Shown here piece by piece: positions 23,182-35,819 of a DNA stretch of 64,000 nt (position 1 is the first letter of the stretch; each line of letters begins with the position of its first letter). The stretch lies in the NCBI GenBank assembly GCA_964016885.1, contig OZ024746.1:68014001-68078000 (forward strand). Reading direction: 5' to 3'. Under the pieces are notes generated by a model. The model ran no database searches and was not told where the DNA came from. It saw only the letters and a program-made list of their open reading frames with translations. This stretch comes from Eledone cirrhosa. Taxonomy: Eukaryota. Made by a program: the position numbers and the translations under genes.

Positions 23182-23395
23182 ACAAAGTAATTATTGCTAT
23201 TTTATGTCTTTTGTAGCAAGTTAGTTATATAGTAATTTAACATTTATGGTATAGCCTAACCTATTATAACTATATTTATTTACACACACATGTGCATAGC
23301 TATCTATCTATCTATCTATCTGTATATATATACAGATAGATAGATAGATAGATAGCTATGCTACAAAAGACATAAAATAGCAATAATTACTTTGT
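23182..23395. repeat. Nested perfect inverted repeats at the LINE 5' junction
   Basis: 37-bp perfect IR 23182-23218 / 23359-23395 enclosing a perfect 68-bp palindrome 23294-23361 (GCATAGC(TATC)5TG(TA)5CA(GATA)5GCTATGC). Confidence 0.9.
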
Positions 23396-24078
23396 GTGAT
23401 TATGTCTGAAGGTGTGATTGTGTGTGAGTGTAAAGATAGGATTGTAGGTGTATGTATGTGAGATTGCGCGCGTGTGAGTGTGTGCGGGGGGTGGGATTCT
23501 GGTGTATGTATGTGGGAGTGTGCGACTGTGTGCGTGTGAGGGTTGGATTGTGGTGTATGTGTGTATGAGGGGAGGATTGTGTGTGTATGTGTATGTGAGG
23601 GTAGTATTGTGGTGTATGTGTGTGTGAGAGTGGGATTGTGGATGTATGTGTGTATGAGAGTGGGATTGTGGATGTATGTGTGTGTGAGAGTGGGATTGTG
23701 GATGAATGTGTGTGTGTGAGTCTGATTGTGGTGCATGTGTGTGTGAGAGTGGGATTGTGTGTGAGGGTGTGGGATTGTGAGTGTATGTGTGTGTGAGAGT
23801 GTGTGTGTGTGTGTGTGTGAGGGTGTGGGATTGTGTGTGTATGAGTGTGTGAGAGTGTGTGTGTATGTGAGGGTAGGATTGTGGGTGTATGTGTGTGAGG
23901 GTGTGGGATTGTGTGTGTATGAGTGCGTGAGAGTGTGTGTGTATGTGAGGGTAGGATTGTGGGTGTATGAGTGTGAGGGTGTGGGATTGTGTGTGTATGA
24001 GTGTGTGTGAGAGTGGTATTGTAGATGGATGTGTGTGAGGGTGGGGGATTGTGTGTGTATGTGCGTGTATCTGTGTGT
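23396..24078. repeat. GT-rich degenerate minisatellite
   Basis: Recurrent GAGAGTGGGATTGTG / GAGGGTGTGGGATTGTG motifs in a (GT)n matrix, ~30-bp units with longer higher-order copies near 23810-24010. Confidence 0.9.
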
Positions 24079-24367
24079 CACTGGAAATCAATAACTATTA
24101 ATACTAAATTTCCAAATTGTATTAGAATTATCACTAGAATGTAACTGTGACAGAGAAATAAAATAGTTATATATTCATTGAAATCAAATGCATAAAGAGA
24201 GGTGGGGGGGCATAAAGAGAAACAGACAAAAACAGAGCAAAAAATTGGAACAGGGTGAGAGAGGGAATAAGATAATATGGTGATACACTTGATTCTTAAG
24301 ATTGTCTTGAAGACTTGTGTCTTAATGTTGTGTGTCTTGCATAAATCATCATAGTAAATAATTGATA

Positions 24368-24545
24368 CTACTTTTGGCACAAGGCCAGCAATTATCCCAG
24401 TTCATTACTGGTACTTTATTTTATCGACCATTGTAAGGATGAAAGGCAAAGTTAACCTTGGCGGTATTTGAACTCAGACCATAAAGGGTTGTAACTCTAT
24501 GCTGCAAAGCATGGCATCCGACCCTCTACTGATACTGCCAATCCT
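24368..24545 (-). mobile_element. SINE S1
   Basis: GGCACAAGGCCAGCAATT...GGATGAAAGGCAAAG...TTTGAACTC...ACTGCCAATCC. Confidence 0.88.
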
Positions 24546-24607
24546 AGTAAATAATGAGATCATACTCCAAATTATGACTGCAGAAGAAATAGAACTCAGT
24601 ACTCCAT

Positions 24608-24790
24608 GTTAGCTAACCATCTGTCACAGGAAGTTAGCTAACGTTTTCTCACAGGAAGTTAACTAACCATTTGTCACTGGTAGTTAGCAAACCATTTGTC
24701 AGAGGAAGTTAGCAAACCATTTGTCAGAAGAAGTTAACTAACCATTTGTCAGGGGTAACATAACCATTTGTTTCAGGAAGTTAGCTAACC
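24608..24790. repeat. 25-bp tandem repeat, ~7 copies
   Basis: Consensus GTTAGCTAACCATTTGTCACAGGAA repeated head-to-tail without spacers. Confidence 0.9.
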
Positions 24791-27734
24791 CTATTTTCTC
24801 ATATCATTGCTACATTTATATGTTAAAATGTTTATTAAATTCTCAACTAAGATGCTTTACAGAGAAAAAGTAATTATATTATGAGATATTTCTAGTATGA
24901 CTATATAATTTGATTTGTTATAGTTCTAAAGCTATACCAATGACTTGATGGCCAGAAGTTTCATGGTTATTGCAGCTTCCAAACTAGTTTCACAGCTATA
25001 ACAAATTACATTATACATCATTCTACCTAAGTATTTAGTTTTACTTCTTCCGTTTGCACTGCAAAACCTATTGTGTGTGTGTGGGGGGGGGGGGTGTGTG
25101 TGTGTGTGTGTGTGTGTGCCATTGCCACAATAAACACACCTTTTACACTCTGTAAAATGATTGTGAGTAGTAAATGTGAATGAGAACTGGATTAGACTCT
25201 GTAGAACCATCCAATTCATGCTGGCACAGATGTAAAATGAGAATGAAGATTATGGTTACACACACGATAAAATAAAGTACCAGTAATGCACTGGGTATTT
25301 GCTGGCCTTGTGCCAAAAGTAGAAACAATTATATATATATATATATATAATATAATTATTGAAAGAGAGAGAGAGGTGTCACAAAATAAGATGTGGAATT
25401 ATAGACAGACATTTTGTGTGTTTATTCGCCCATATAAAATCAAATTTTAATTAACTTGTATGAAAGAAGGCTCCATACAGATTAATAATTATAAAATATA
25501 TGTAAATATTCTATAAAATATGCGTTAAATGACCATCACCTTCAATAGAATAACTTTAATGACTTTCATTAATTCAATATTAGTGTCAATTCACTGAGAC
25601 ATACAGACAGAGAGAAAAGTATGAGACTGCTGAGTTGTTATAGGTCCTAAATGATCAGCGATGGATAGTATCAATCTTCGTTTGAATATTTAGAATTGAA
25701 TATTTAGAATTTCATTTAGAATTTCAAGCCTTTTTGAGACATTTTATTTAGATATGAGATCAGCATTATTATTAGAATTCTTAGCAAGACTAGCAGTTGT
25801 TAAATGAATAGTTAAGTAGACACTAGAATACTTGATGTAATAAGCCAAGAGATTTTAATGACAATCTTAATGTTGAGAACTATAATTATCTAAATCAGGC
25901 ATATCAAACTGAGGGCCCCCCGAGGGCCACATTGGTCATGTGTTGTCCGAGGGCCACACACAACAACTAATTACAACTTAGAAATTGCAGACAAATTTCC
26001 TTTACATCACACAATATTGTCTTTTTAAAATACATTGTATAGTGTAGTACTGGATTACATTATATCTGAACAAAAGATGGTTGGAATGGTTTTGATAATA
26101 AGTCTGCTCAATTAAGGCTAGATCTAAGCACCAACAACACATGTAAACTTCAACAGACAAACAGGAATTCAGGCAGAAAAAAATTCAGCAAATATAGTCA
26201 AGTGTGGACTAAATGATTACAGTATTTAATGTCATCTAGACAGACTCAGTTTGTGTAACAACAATATCACAATCAATTTAGTTGAAAACATTGTATCTAT
26301 GTGTGGTTGAAAGAAATCACTATTAAATAAGTTGATGAGGAAATTAGAGATTTTCAACTTTTGTTGATCTACATTGAAAGAAAAGAAAGAAGTCAATAAT
26401 AAAATCAGACTAAAGAAACTATGTTTTAATTAATCATTCCATTTTAGTGGCTTTATTGCCTTGCTTGGAGTGAGTAAATTAAAGAAAAACAATGATAGAA
26501 ACAGTTCTGAATGAGCAAAACATGGTCATCTAACCTGATTTGTCTCACAATGGGACAACTCGTCTAACCCATGCTAAGCACGGAAAAATAGATGTTAAAC
26601 AATGATGATGAATGTATTAGATCTGACACTTTCATAGTTTTGCCAATCCACTACCACTTGACCAGTATTTTATTTATCAAACTTGAGAGGATAAAAGGTA
26701 AAGTTAAACTTAGTGGAATTTAAACTCATATCAAAGAGAGCCAGAAAAAATACCAAGGCAATTAAACTTATGTTTTAACAATTCCGCCAATTTGCTAAAT
26801 ACACTGAATATGACACTAGTGTTGTGACATAATATTAGTATTTTGAAATTTTTATCATATTAAAGAATTAAATTTGAAATGTTTTAAATCAGAGCTGAGT
26901 GGATGCAGAATACATGTATACTAATGCACTGCATTAAAAACACTCAAGGTTTCTAAATACTCTGGCATTTTCTGACTTGTCTCAAAGCCCACAGTGAGCC
27001 TGTAGATCAAACATGGAACAAAAGCATGGCATAGCAAAGGAGTGAAAATAGACTGTTCTACACTGTCATTCAATTTACTGGAAGTAACAGTCAAATCTCC
27101 CTCAAATCAAAGCTTATTGTCTTATAAAAAGAATGACACATTGAAAGATGTAGCCCTTGAGGTATGTTGTTTAAAATAAAAAAAAGATGAGATGGTCCTG
27201 GTTGGAACACCTTTCATCATAAACCAGTTCCATAATAACCTATCATGGGTGAAAATTAACAGTAACAAATAAGTATATATTCAACAATGAAAATAAAAAA
27301 ATTAAGTTTAATGCTCAGAATTCTAATGTTCTGATGCTTACAAAGACAACCAATTCACCTCTGGATGATTAAAACAACCTCTTCAGAAGGTCAAGCATTG
27401 ATATGAATGAAATATGAGAGCCATTAATTAAGAAAGAAAGAATATTAAGTCTAAGACTGTAAACAATACAGTTTAAATCTTCTAATTTCCATCACAATTT
27501 TTCTATTGTCTACAAGACAATAGAATAGTCAATATAAACATTGGTTAAGTGTAAAATTGTTTTACTTTTGAAATTGTTATTGTTTTATTCAGCAAATTTA
27601 ATTGGGTTATATAATGTTTCTATTAACAAAAGAAAAAGAAAAAATGAAATAGCAAAAGTAGGGTAAGGGGCAGAGGGAACAGTAGATTCCACACCACAGT
27701 CTAAGCAGTATATTTCAGCTGTACCCTGTGAACA

Positions 27735-27900
27735 AACAGCGAAGCCCCAGAGAATAGTCAGAGACACCTGTTGCATCAGCAACATCACCTCAAAAGGCTT
27801 CTTCCTCTGGTGAGATGGACTCCTTCCAATTTTGTGAAGGAAAAACAACAGTTTGTGAACTGAAGGTACTAGAGGTCTTGACAAGGACTGGCATGAAAAG
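27735..27900 (-). mobile_element. Decayed CRE-clade retrotransposon endonuclease C-terminus
   Basis: Frameshifted VLVKTSSTFS...FLHKIG...RKKPFEVMLLMQQVSLTILWG, parallel to the clearer copy at 43745-44005. Confidence 0.45.
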
Positions 27901-28329
27901 GAAGTGATGAGTAAGTATGGCACAATCTATGTAAGGGACTCCAGGCATAAAGATCAACAACAATCTACCACCATAGTTTGTATAAAGAGATCAGTTTGAC
28001 ATTATGCAAATAAATGCTGAATGTGATAAAGCACCTAAAGAAGATTGGACTTTAGTCTGAATAAATCAGAGTATCATAATAGTGATGCCCCATCTCAGAA
28101 ATTCAAGTAAGATTAAAATGAAGTTTGAAATGATTCCTTAGCCAATTATTAAACAGTCATCAGAATGGAGGTGGGTGTAAAAGCCAAATTTGCTATCTTC
28201 AATTTGGTGTTTGTTCCTACCCTTAGCTATAGTCATGAATTTTTGGTAATAACTGAAAAGAATGCAATCATGAATACAAGCAGCTGAAATGAGGTTCCTA
28301 TGAAGGGTCTTTGGAATAATGTTACTCAA

Positions 28330-28610
28330 AAGGGGTGCATAGCTCGGCGATCAGGGAGTTATTCCTTCTCTGAATCAAGAGCTCACAGCTCCAATACAAC
28401 AGACATGTAATGAGAATGTCTAAGGAAAGAATCACTGGACAGATTTAATGGGTAAAGCCAATTGGCAGGAGACCCAGGGGGTAGATCATGAGCAAGATAG
28501 TTGGGTAACATCCATAAGCTTGGTTGGTCTCGCCAGTCCAACTGGAGCTGGTTGCTTCCAATAGGACACTGTGGAAGGTGTGCCTGAGGACTGCCCCAAT
28601 GGCCCTCCCA
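28330..28610 (+). mobile_element. Decayed RTE LINE 3' fragment
   Basis: SQLQYNRHVMRMSKERITGQI*WVKPIGRRPRGRS with stops; just intronic to the exon donor. Confidence 0.7.
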
Positions 28611-28693
28611 AGAGGGCCATTGAAGAAGAAGAAATGATTGGTTTAAAGTGGATGGAATTATTTCTAAAATAAAAACAAACAAAACATATTTAC

Positions 28694-28854
28694 CTTCAGT
28701 AACAAATCTGACAACAACTGGTTTTTCACTACCAGCAACAAATCCAAATCCTCTATGTGGGTCCCTTGACAAAGTGACATCTCTGGGTTGAGGAGGTTCA
28801 ATATAGTCAACATCTTCTCTTGGATCAGATCTTGTTGTATAACGTTCGATGTGG
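28694..28854 (-). CDS. FRMPD4: Internal coding exon of an FRMPD4/Preso-like gene (WW domain C-terminus + N-terminal half of PDZ domain)
   Basis: Minus strand tttcag|C CAC ATC ... ACT GAA G|gtaaat; 161 bp, phase 2 to phase 1; translates HIERYTTRSDPREDVDYIEPPQPRDVTLSRDPHRGFGFVAGSEKPVVVRFVTE, and RDPxxGFGFVAGSEKPVVVR matches the FRMPD4-family PDZ as I recall it; HxxRxTxxxDPR is a WW-domain end. Neighbouring exons not found in the window. Confidence 0.85.
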
Positions 28855-28924
28855 CTGAAAGGTAAAATCAAAAATAATAGTTATGAGTTATAAGTCTTGA
28901 AATTATCATTCTGTTAATTAGCCA

Positions 28925-29235
28925 TCTTCATCATACCATCTTGCCTTTGGCCACCCTATAATTCTTCTCCTCTACCTTGGTGGCCACGTTGAAATTCTAA
29001 TAGCCCTCCTGCTGTCTCTGTTATGAGAGACATGGCTAATCCATCTATGTTTGCCCTTCTTGATGGTCTCGATTATGTCCTTCACTCCAGTCTGCTGGAA
29101 TTGCTCTTCTGTCACATAAGTAATTCTAAGCATGGTTCATTCCATTTTACATTTGGCCCCTGCAAGAATCTCTGCAGTGGTGATGTTGAGTGCCCAGGTC
29201 TCACTTGCATAAATCATCACCCCCAAGATGACATG
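28925..29235 (-). mobile_element. Decayed RTE LINE 3' fragment (different family)
   Basis: VMIYASETWALN...KME*TMLRIT / QQTGVKDIIETIKKGKHRWISHVSHNRDSRRAIRISTWPPR*RRRIIGWPKARWYDE. Confidence 0.75.
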
Positions 29236-29719
29236 ATGAACTGACCCAATACCTCAGCCCCACGTGGCCTAGTATGGCCAGAGATAGAAATTGGTGGAGG
29301 TCAACCAAGGAAGGGTTCCTCCAACAGAAGGCCCTAGATTTGGATTTGGAATTAACCTTCTTATTCTTACTTTCTTTAAGCAGTAACTCTTGGAGAAGCT
29401 GTAAAGGTGCTGTAGAGACATACAGTGTTTATTGGGAATTTTTTTAACCTGGCAGAGCCCATCTCCTCTCCAGGTCTGCACAGAGCTAATTTCTTCCAGA
29501 GAAGGAGAGAACGTAAGAAAGAGATATAGATCTGTCTTATTACCATATTTCTAATGGAACACAAATGTTTATGATTTTCAACAAATTTTGAAAATAATCA
29601 AGAATTTGGAGAGATTTAATAATATAACAAACCTTCTCATTATTATGTTAATGTTGAGAACATAACCAAGGTTCTTATATAAAACTATGATGGAAGGCTT
29701 TTTAATATATATATACACA

Positions 29720-29947
29720 TTAACCCTTTAATGTTCAAACCGGCCAAAACTGGCCAGAAATCTCTACCTCTTTCTGTTGAAACTGGCTGCAACTGGTCGC
29801 TCAAACTGATGTTAAGGTATTGTTCTCAAAATAAATACTTTCAAAATCTCATAGATTCGATATTATGTGAGATAATTATGCAAGGTAAAGCCTTTACCAT
29901 GAAAATATAATAGTATATATAGAGTAATGTGAATGCTAAAGGATTAA
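29720..29947 (+). mobile_element. piggyBac-type MITE, same family
   Basis: TTAACCCTTTAATGTTC ... GAATGCTAAAGGATTAA; internal sequence matches 47658-47885. Confidence 0.82.
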
Positions 29948-30224
29948 CACAAATAGTTTTATATTGTAGTTTCAGGCAGTATTAAAATTGTTAAAAATAT
30001 TTTAATGCATTATTCAAACAATATATTCCTGATAAATGAGAAAATCATACTTCATTACAGAAAACACATTTCAAAAACAATAAATCTTTTAGCTGTGTGG
30101 TTAAGAGGTTCACTTTGAAATTATATAGATTCTGGTACAATCCCACGGTGTGACATTTTAAGCTGAGTCTTCTCAGTTTGAACTATGCTTATAAGTGAAA
30201 TTTGGTTGATAGAAAGTGTCGAGA

Positions 30225-30600
30225 ATGATGGTCCACTTTCCATGCTTGCATGGGTTAGACGGGTTGTCACATTATGAGACAAGTCAGGTTAGGCAACAAC
30301 AACTTCTTATGGATCTGTTTATTGGCCTGGTTTCTATGGCTAGATGGCTTTCCTAGTGCTAACCATGTTACAGTGTGGACTGGGTGCTTTTTATCATGGC
30401 ATCAAAATGATTATCACACAGGGTGAACTGGGCACGTTTGGTCATGTCATCAGCATGATCACTTTACAGGGTGGACAAGGTCTCTTGTCATATCACCAGC
30501 ACAACTACTTTACAGGGTGGATGGGGTGTCTCTTGTATCATATTACAGGTTTCACCAGTCTTATCACCATACAGTGTGGATTAAGTGCTTTACATACAGC
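30225..30600 (-). mobile_element. S2/RTE-B 3' body with ~5 decayed units
   Basis: CATGGGTTAGACGGGTTGTC terminus and repeated ACAG(T/G)GTGGA units. Confidence 0.7.
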
Positions 30601-30894
30601 TTCAACTGTGAGATACTCTCTTCATCAACAGACAACAGATCACAATTTTTTGTCACTTTCCAGTATAAATGGGTGTAACTCAACACACTAGTTCATACTG
30701 ATTGACATAAACATAGACATACATGTGTATGAAAAAAACCCAGTCCTTTTGGTAAAGTGGTAATGCTAGGGCCATAAATGTGGTAGTGTCAGGCATGATA
30801 AAATGCTCCAAGTAAATGTTATATAGCAGATAGCATTTGGAAGGGCATATTGCTATATTGTCATTAAACAGTGATGATGACTATATATATATAT

Positions 30895-31660
30895 ATTACT
30901 TCCATGTAACATTACACTTTGCACAGTTTTGATACAACCTGCCTTTTGTTATAGCTCCCTGAAATTTGTCCATTCTGTTCTTATTCTAACTACTGTGCTC
31001 TCAGAGCAGCCTCCCCTACTACTATGTAGATCCCAGTAGATACCAATCACTTCTATGGAACCTTGCTAGGATTGTAAAAAAATTATTTCACTGGGCCCTT
31101 ATTACTAACGCTCCCTGTGCATCTCCCACATACAAATTCTATCTATTCAGTTAGTCTGCCAACAATCTTGCTACACCAAGTTTTACATTCTGTGCATCGT
31201 ATAGAGTTCCTACCAATTCCTTTTCTACAAATCAAGCATAGCCACTTCTCTGATGGAACCTACTTACTGAAACATTTTGCTAATTTTTCTCTGAGTCCTT
31301 TTGATTCTAAGTTTTGTTTCCGCAATAGGAATTTCTTCTGTAGCCCTTCTACTGATTCAACTATAAGAACTAGGTTGTCAGCATACAGAAGTTTCTCTGG
31401 GAAGCCAGTCTTAAACTCCTCTATTATTGCCTGGATAACTATAATAAACAGAAGCGAGCTAAGAATTAAACACTGAATAACAACTACTTACATACTGAAT
31501 TCCTCACTAAGCTCATTACCTACTCTCACATTACAAACAGCAACCTTAGTACATGACTTGCTCTGCTCTCTTATATCACTAACCTACACCCAGTTTCCTT
31601 AACAACCACACAATAACAGATTGTTGTACTCTGTCAAAGGCCTTTTCCAAATCATTGAGC
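30895..31660 (-). mobile_element. Decayed RTE LINE RT-region fragment
   Basis: Minus-strand homology to DLEKAFDRV...IQAIIEEFKTG.P..LLYADNL..CRKGIGRNSIRC with many indels. Confidence 0.8.
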
Positions 31661-32309
31661 TTTTTATACAGTTGCCATCTACCCAATTTCCATTACACAG
31701 GATGAATCATCTTGAGGATTTAGCAGCCACTTACCCAAAGTTTCAAACAGTTGGATCAAACCTGGGACCTCATGATTAAAAAGCAAACTTCTTAACCACT
31801 TGGTCATGACCATGTTATGTAAATTGATACATAAATTATTGTTACTGGCTTCCTCAACAAAATATATTTTATTGTTTTATTGAAAACCAATCTATTTCCT
31901 TTGTAATGGCCCTTCATTTGCAATTTTATGTATTTGTCTGAAACAATAATTTGTAGTTTTGTGCTAAGTATTCAGACCATAAATACATTATTTGTTTGTA
32001 TCAATTACAATGCAAAATCACTTTTAGCATTTCTTTAGTGTCTATAGACAGTTATTCTCTTGTTTTTCTATCATGTAAAACCTACAGTACTGTTCATGTC
32101 AATGGCAAACAGTAAGTAATTATAGCAAATTTATGTAACATTTGTTCTAAATTTATGATAACAGTATAAAAAAGTACACATTAGCATAAAAGATTGTATG
32201 CTAACAGCATATATTAGCAGTAAAGGTTTATCCTAGAAATAGACTACAAAAGCATGAGACATCCCTCAGAAGAAGTCCATTGAACTGATCAGCGTGAACA
32301 TTAAAATTG

Positions 32310-32440
32310 CTTTTGAACACACTGCAGCCTCTGACCCACAGACAAGCTATTTCTTCACTCTGCTTTCCTTATCATTACTGCAGTATCCTCTGCTTATCAG
32401 AGGTTAATGGACTTGTGCCTCTTCCACTCAAGCCTTTCTA
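32310..32440 (+). mobile_element. CR1/L2-group LINE 3' fragment
   Basis: LQPLTHRQAISSLC...LVP resembles the LxxLxxRR..SL..FY C-terminus of CR1-group ORF2. Confidence 0.45.
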
Positions 32441-33768
32441 CCTCATCCATATTTCCTTTTCTCATTACTCATATAAAGATACCAGCACTCAATTCTGCTT
32501 TAAGATCATACAGACTATGTTAGTTTGAATATGTGAACTGTAGTAGTGGATGTATACACTGATGTACCAAGATTGTAGCCCCTGCTAGACAGGAAAGGGG
32601 CACCCACATAAGAACTGGGAAGAGTGTAATTGGGGTTGATCTGAAAGTCTGGAACCTTGACAAAAACCTTTCCCTCGAATTAACACTTCGGAGACATGCT
32701 TTGAAAGAGTCTACAAAACGTCCAAGATGTTAAAGCAGATGATGATGGTGATGATCTTGCTCCTCCCAAGTGAAAGAAACCTGTTCATATTTCTTCTCAG
32801 AGTTATATTTACATCAAATGTATTATGTATTTTCCAATATTTGCTGTATTGTGCATTCATATTTATTATTTAGAATTACATAATGTTGAAAAAAAATTAC
32901 AGATTTATTCTTACTTAGTAAATGACAAAAGGAGGAATCCAACATATACAAGTAAAAGATAAAACCCATCTAACGAAAATATGCAACATAAATAGATAAA
33001 AATGAAACTTTGGATGGATAAGAAAAGCTTAAACAATGCATAGCAGCAAAAAAGAAAATGCAAAATAAAACACTTTGAAAACTATGAATGCCTATTCCAA
33101 AGGATATAGTATTGATTAAGAATTGAATAAGAACACTGTAGGTAGGAAATTAATCTGATCTTTACTAAGTATGGTGACATTAATCAATATTAGACACTAA
33201 AGAAGGAAGAAGCTGAATCCTTAATAAGAACTGAATTCAAGTTTGAATATAGAATTTTAACATTGTTAGAGACAAATGTTACCAGGTTATCAAAATAGAG
33301 GCAAAATTGGTGGATTGTTGTTGTTGTTTAACCACAGATCAGTCTAGATTGATTGAACCTGTTGGCAAATGCATTCCAGACATAATTATCATGGTATTTA
33401 GGATGTTTCTACATCAATGTGCTGAATTGGCAGAATCATTAAAATGTTGGATAGAATGATTTGTGTTATTCATCCCTGCTCTCTGAACTTTTCTCACATC
33501 ATGTAAATATAGGTTGAAGGATTCCAGCTATATCTGAACATATTGGAAAATATTTGTTATAAATAATTGGGTCAGTGCTAAGATACTTAAAGTACTAAGC
33601 TGATAAATTTTAATTAATTAAAATTACATCTGTTTGGAGAAGAAAACGTTAGCTTACTGATTAATTCTAGTAAAAAAAAGATGTGAAACAATTCCAAAAG
33701 TTAGTTAATTAAAATTAATCAAATAGTATAGTAGAGAGCAACTCTAACCGTTGACTAGTTCCAAGACA

Positions 33769-33811
33769 ACTTTGGACATATTTTGGTCTTATTAGACCTT
33801 CTCAGCAAAGT
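33769..33811 (-). ncRNA. Decayed minimal hammerhead ribozyme motif (solo)
   Basis: Minus strand ACTTTG-CTGAGAA-GGTCT-AATA-AGACC-AAAA-TATG-TC-CAAAGT: perfect stem I (6 bp) and stem II (5 bp), two core changes (G8>A; G12>A in a CpG context). Confidence 0.55.
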
Positions 33812-35819
33812 ATAATCTTTACCCATACTTGCCAGACCTAAGATAAGTGAGAGATATATAAATAGATTTTAGTATATAAACAGTGATAGGTACAGCAATA
33901 TAAAAGAATTAATGCAGAAGTGGTACCCAGTGATACCTTCCAGATTAGAAACAAATGGTAAAGTCTGCATACTAATGTAATAAGCCAAACAAATTTTAAT
34001 TCAATAAAATTAAGCTTTTATGAAGGAAAATGAAAACATTAGCTTCATAATTTAATCATGGAAAATAATATTTAGTCTTTGTAAACTAACAAAAATATTA
34101 ATTTTAAACCTTTTTTCTAACAATCATAATTTTGTTTAGTCTGTTTATTTCTTTCTCACTGCCTCTGAATGTGTGTGTGTGTGAATGTTAGTATAAGTTG
34201 GTATGTTTATATCCATAAACATATGTCAACTGATTCGCTTGAATTATATAGATAAATTCAGTGCATTCATCTACATAATTTTGTATATTTATACATATTT
34301 TAGAAGCAGAATAATAGTATAAAATTATATAACAATCTATAATTGAATTTCAGAATTTATGTGAAGAAAGTCAAATGTTTAAGAGTTTCATGATGCTTTC
34401 ATATATCTTAAATATTTTTTTCCACAAAAAAAAAAAATTAAATAGAATTAGTTAAATTTGGTACAATGCCAAAAGTACATCACATAAAATATAATTTCAG
34501 CCACTCAGCAAATATCTAAATATATTGCCTTAATCTGTAATAAATATTTTCACCTGTTATATATTCCTGATAATTTGTTTTCTAAAAAGTAAATCTTTAC
34601 GGAAAGTAAATGCTCCATATGATTTTGTTTATTTTAAAACATCCCACAAACTTAAAGAAAATTATGCCTAAAGAAAAGTTATTACAAATTAAATTAATAA
34701 GAGAATTTTCACAGAAATGAGGAAATAAATTATCTCTGTAATTGCTTCTACTGATCACATTTCAGAACTTAACAAATCTCTTTGCGGATAAACTATCGTG
34801 CAATTTACAGAACATTGGCACAATATTTATTGGGTTGGGCATGTAAACCAAGTTTCTGTAATATTCTCTATTTTCATGCCAGTCGGTTTATGCCACTATT
34901 CTGTTATATTTATTTCTATTCCATTTTAGTCTCAGCTTTCTAATTTAAGCCCACACAATATTTTTTCAATCAATTTAAAATTTGCAATAAATCATTCAAA
35001 AATACCAGTTCACAACGATTCCAACAAAGATCTTGCTATTGTATAAATAGTAGTTTAATGGTACACAGGACCATTTGTCAACTGAAAGGCTGATTGTAAA
35101 TCTCTGATATATAAACATCAATCAATTAATATTCCTTTGTACTTTGAAAAGTTTCCTCCATTCACTTCAACACTGATATCACTCTAAAATAAATAAATGG
35201 CAGTTTCTTTTCTAAAACTGATAGTTTGCTTTTTAGCATGATTATACAACATTTATCAACTTAAATTTCATTTTCCTTTCATTCTTTTCTCTAAAAGTTG
35301 TATCTTATATGCCAAACTCTTTCAAAATACGTTATCCATTTTATCAAGTATAAAATAAAATGAAAATTAATAAAAAATAATATAAAACATCATCTGTTAT
35401 ACTTGTATACCAGTAGGACTTATCTATAAGATATATTAACTGATTAGTAAGTTCCACATTCTTCTATGTCTCCCTCCATTTATTAAATTTAACTCAACTG
35501 ACATGGATAGGATATAATTGAAGGAAGTTTCAAACAAACTTGCATAGAAAGAGAAACCAAAATGGTGATGTGAGTCCTGTTCTTTTATATCTTTTTCAAA
35601 TGGAGAACTATATACAAAGGACAATTATCCAAATTTGCATTGGAGTTACTTCCCTTATATTAAGTTACTTGTCAACACATGACATACCCTTAGGGAAAAG
35701 GCATAAAATAATACATGTAAAATCACATACGGATTTTACATAATATATCTTCCTTACAGTTCATATGATCTAGAAAGATATTAATTTCTTCTACATCTAA
35801 ATATTTCTTCATACAATGA

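Noticed and set aside
23356-24091. 241/234-aa His/Thr-rich ORFs
   Set aside because: Translation of a GT-rich minisatellite.
24608-24790. CRISPR-like array
   Set aside because: Units are contiguous with no unique spacers; eukaryotic context, no cas genes.
25896-25962. hAT-like terminus CAGGCATATCAAAC
   Set aside because: Matching opposite TIR and 8-bp TSD not found.
28383-28871. 162-aa ORF as a complete protein
   Set aside because: Only 28694-28854 is exon; the rest is intron read-through including antisense LINE sequence.
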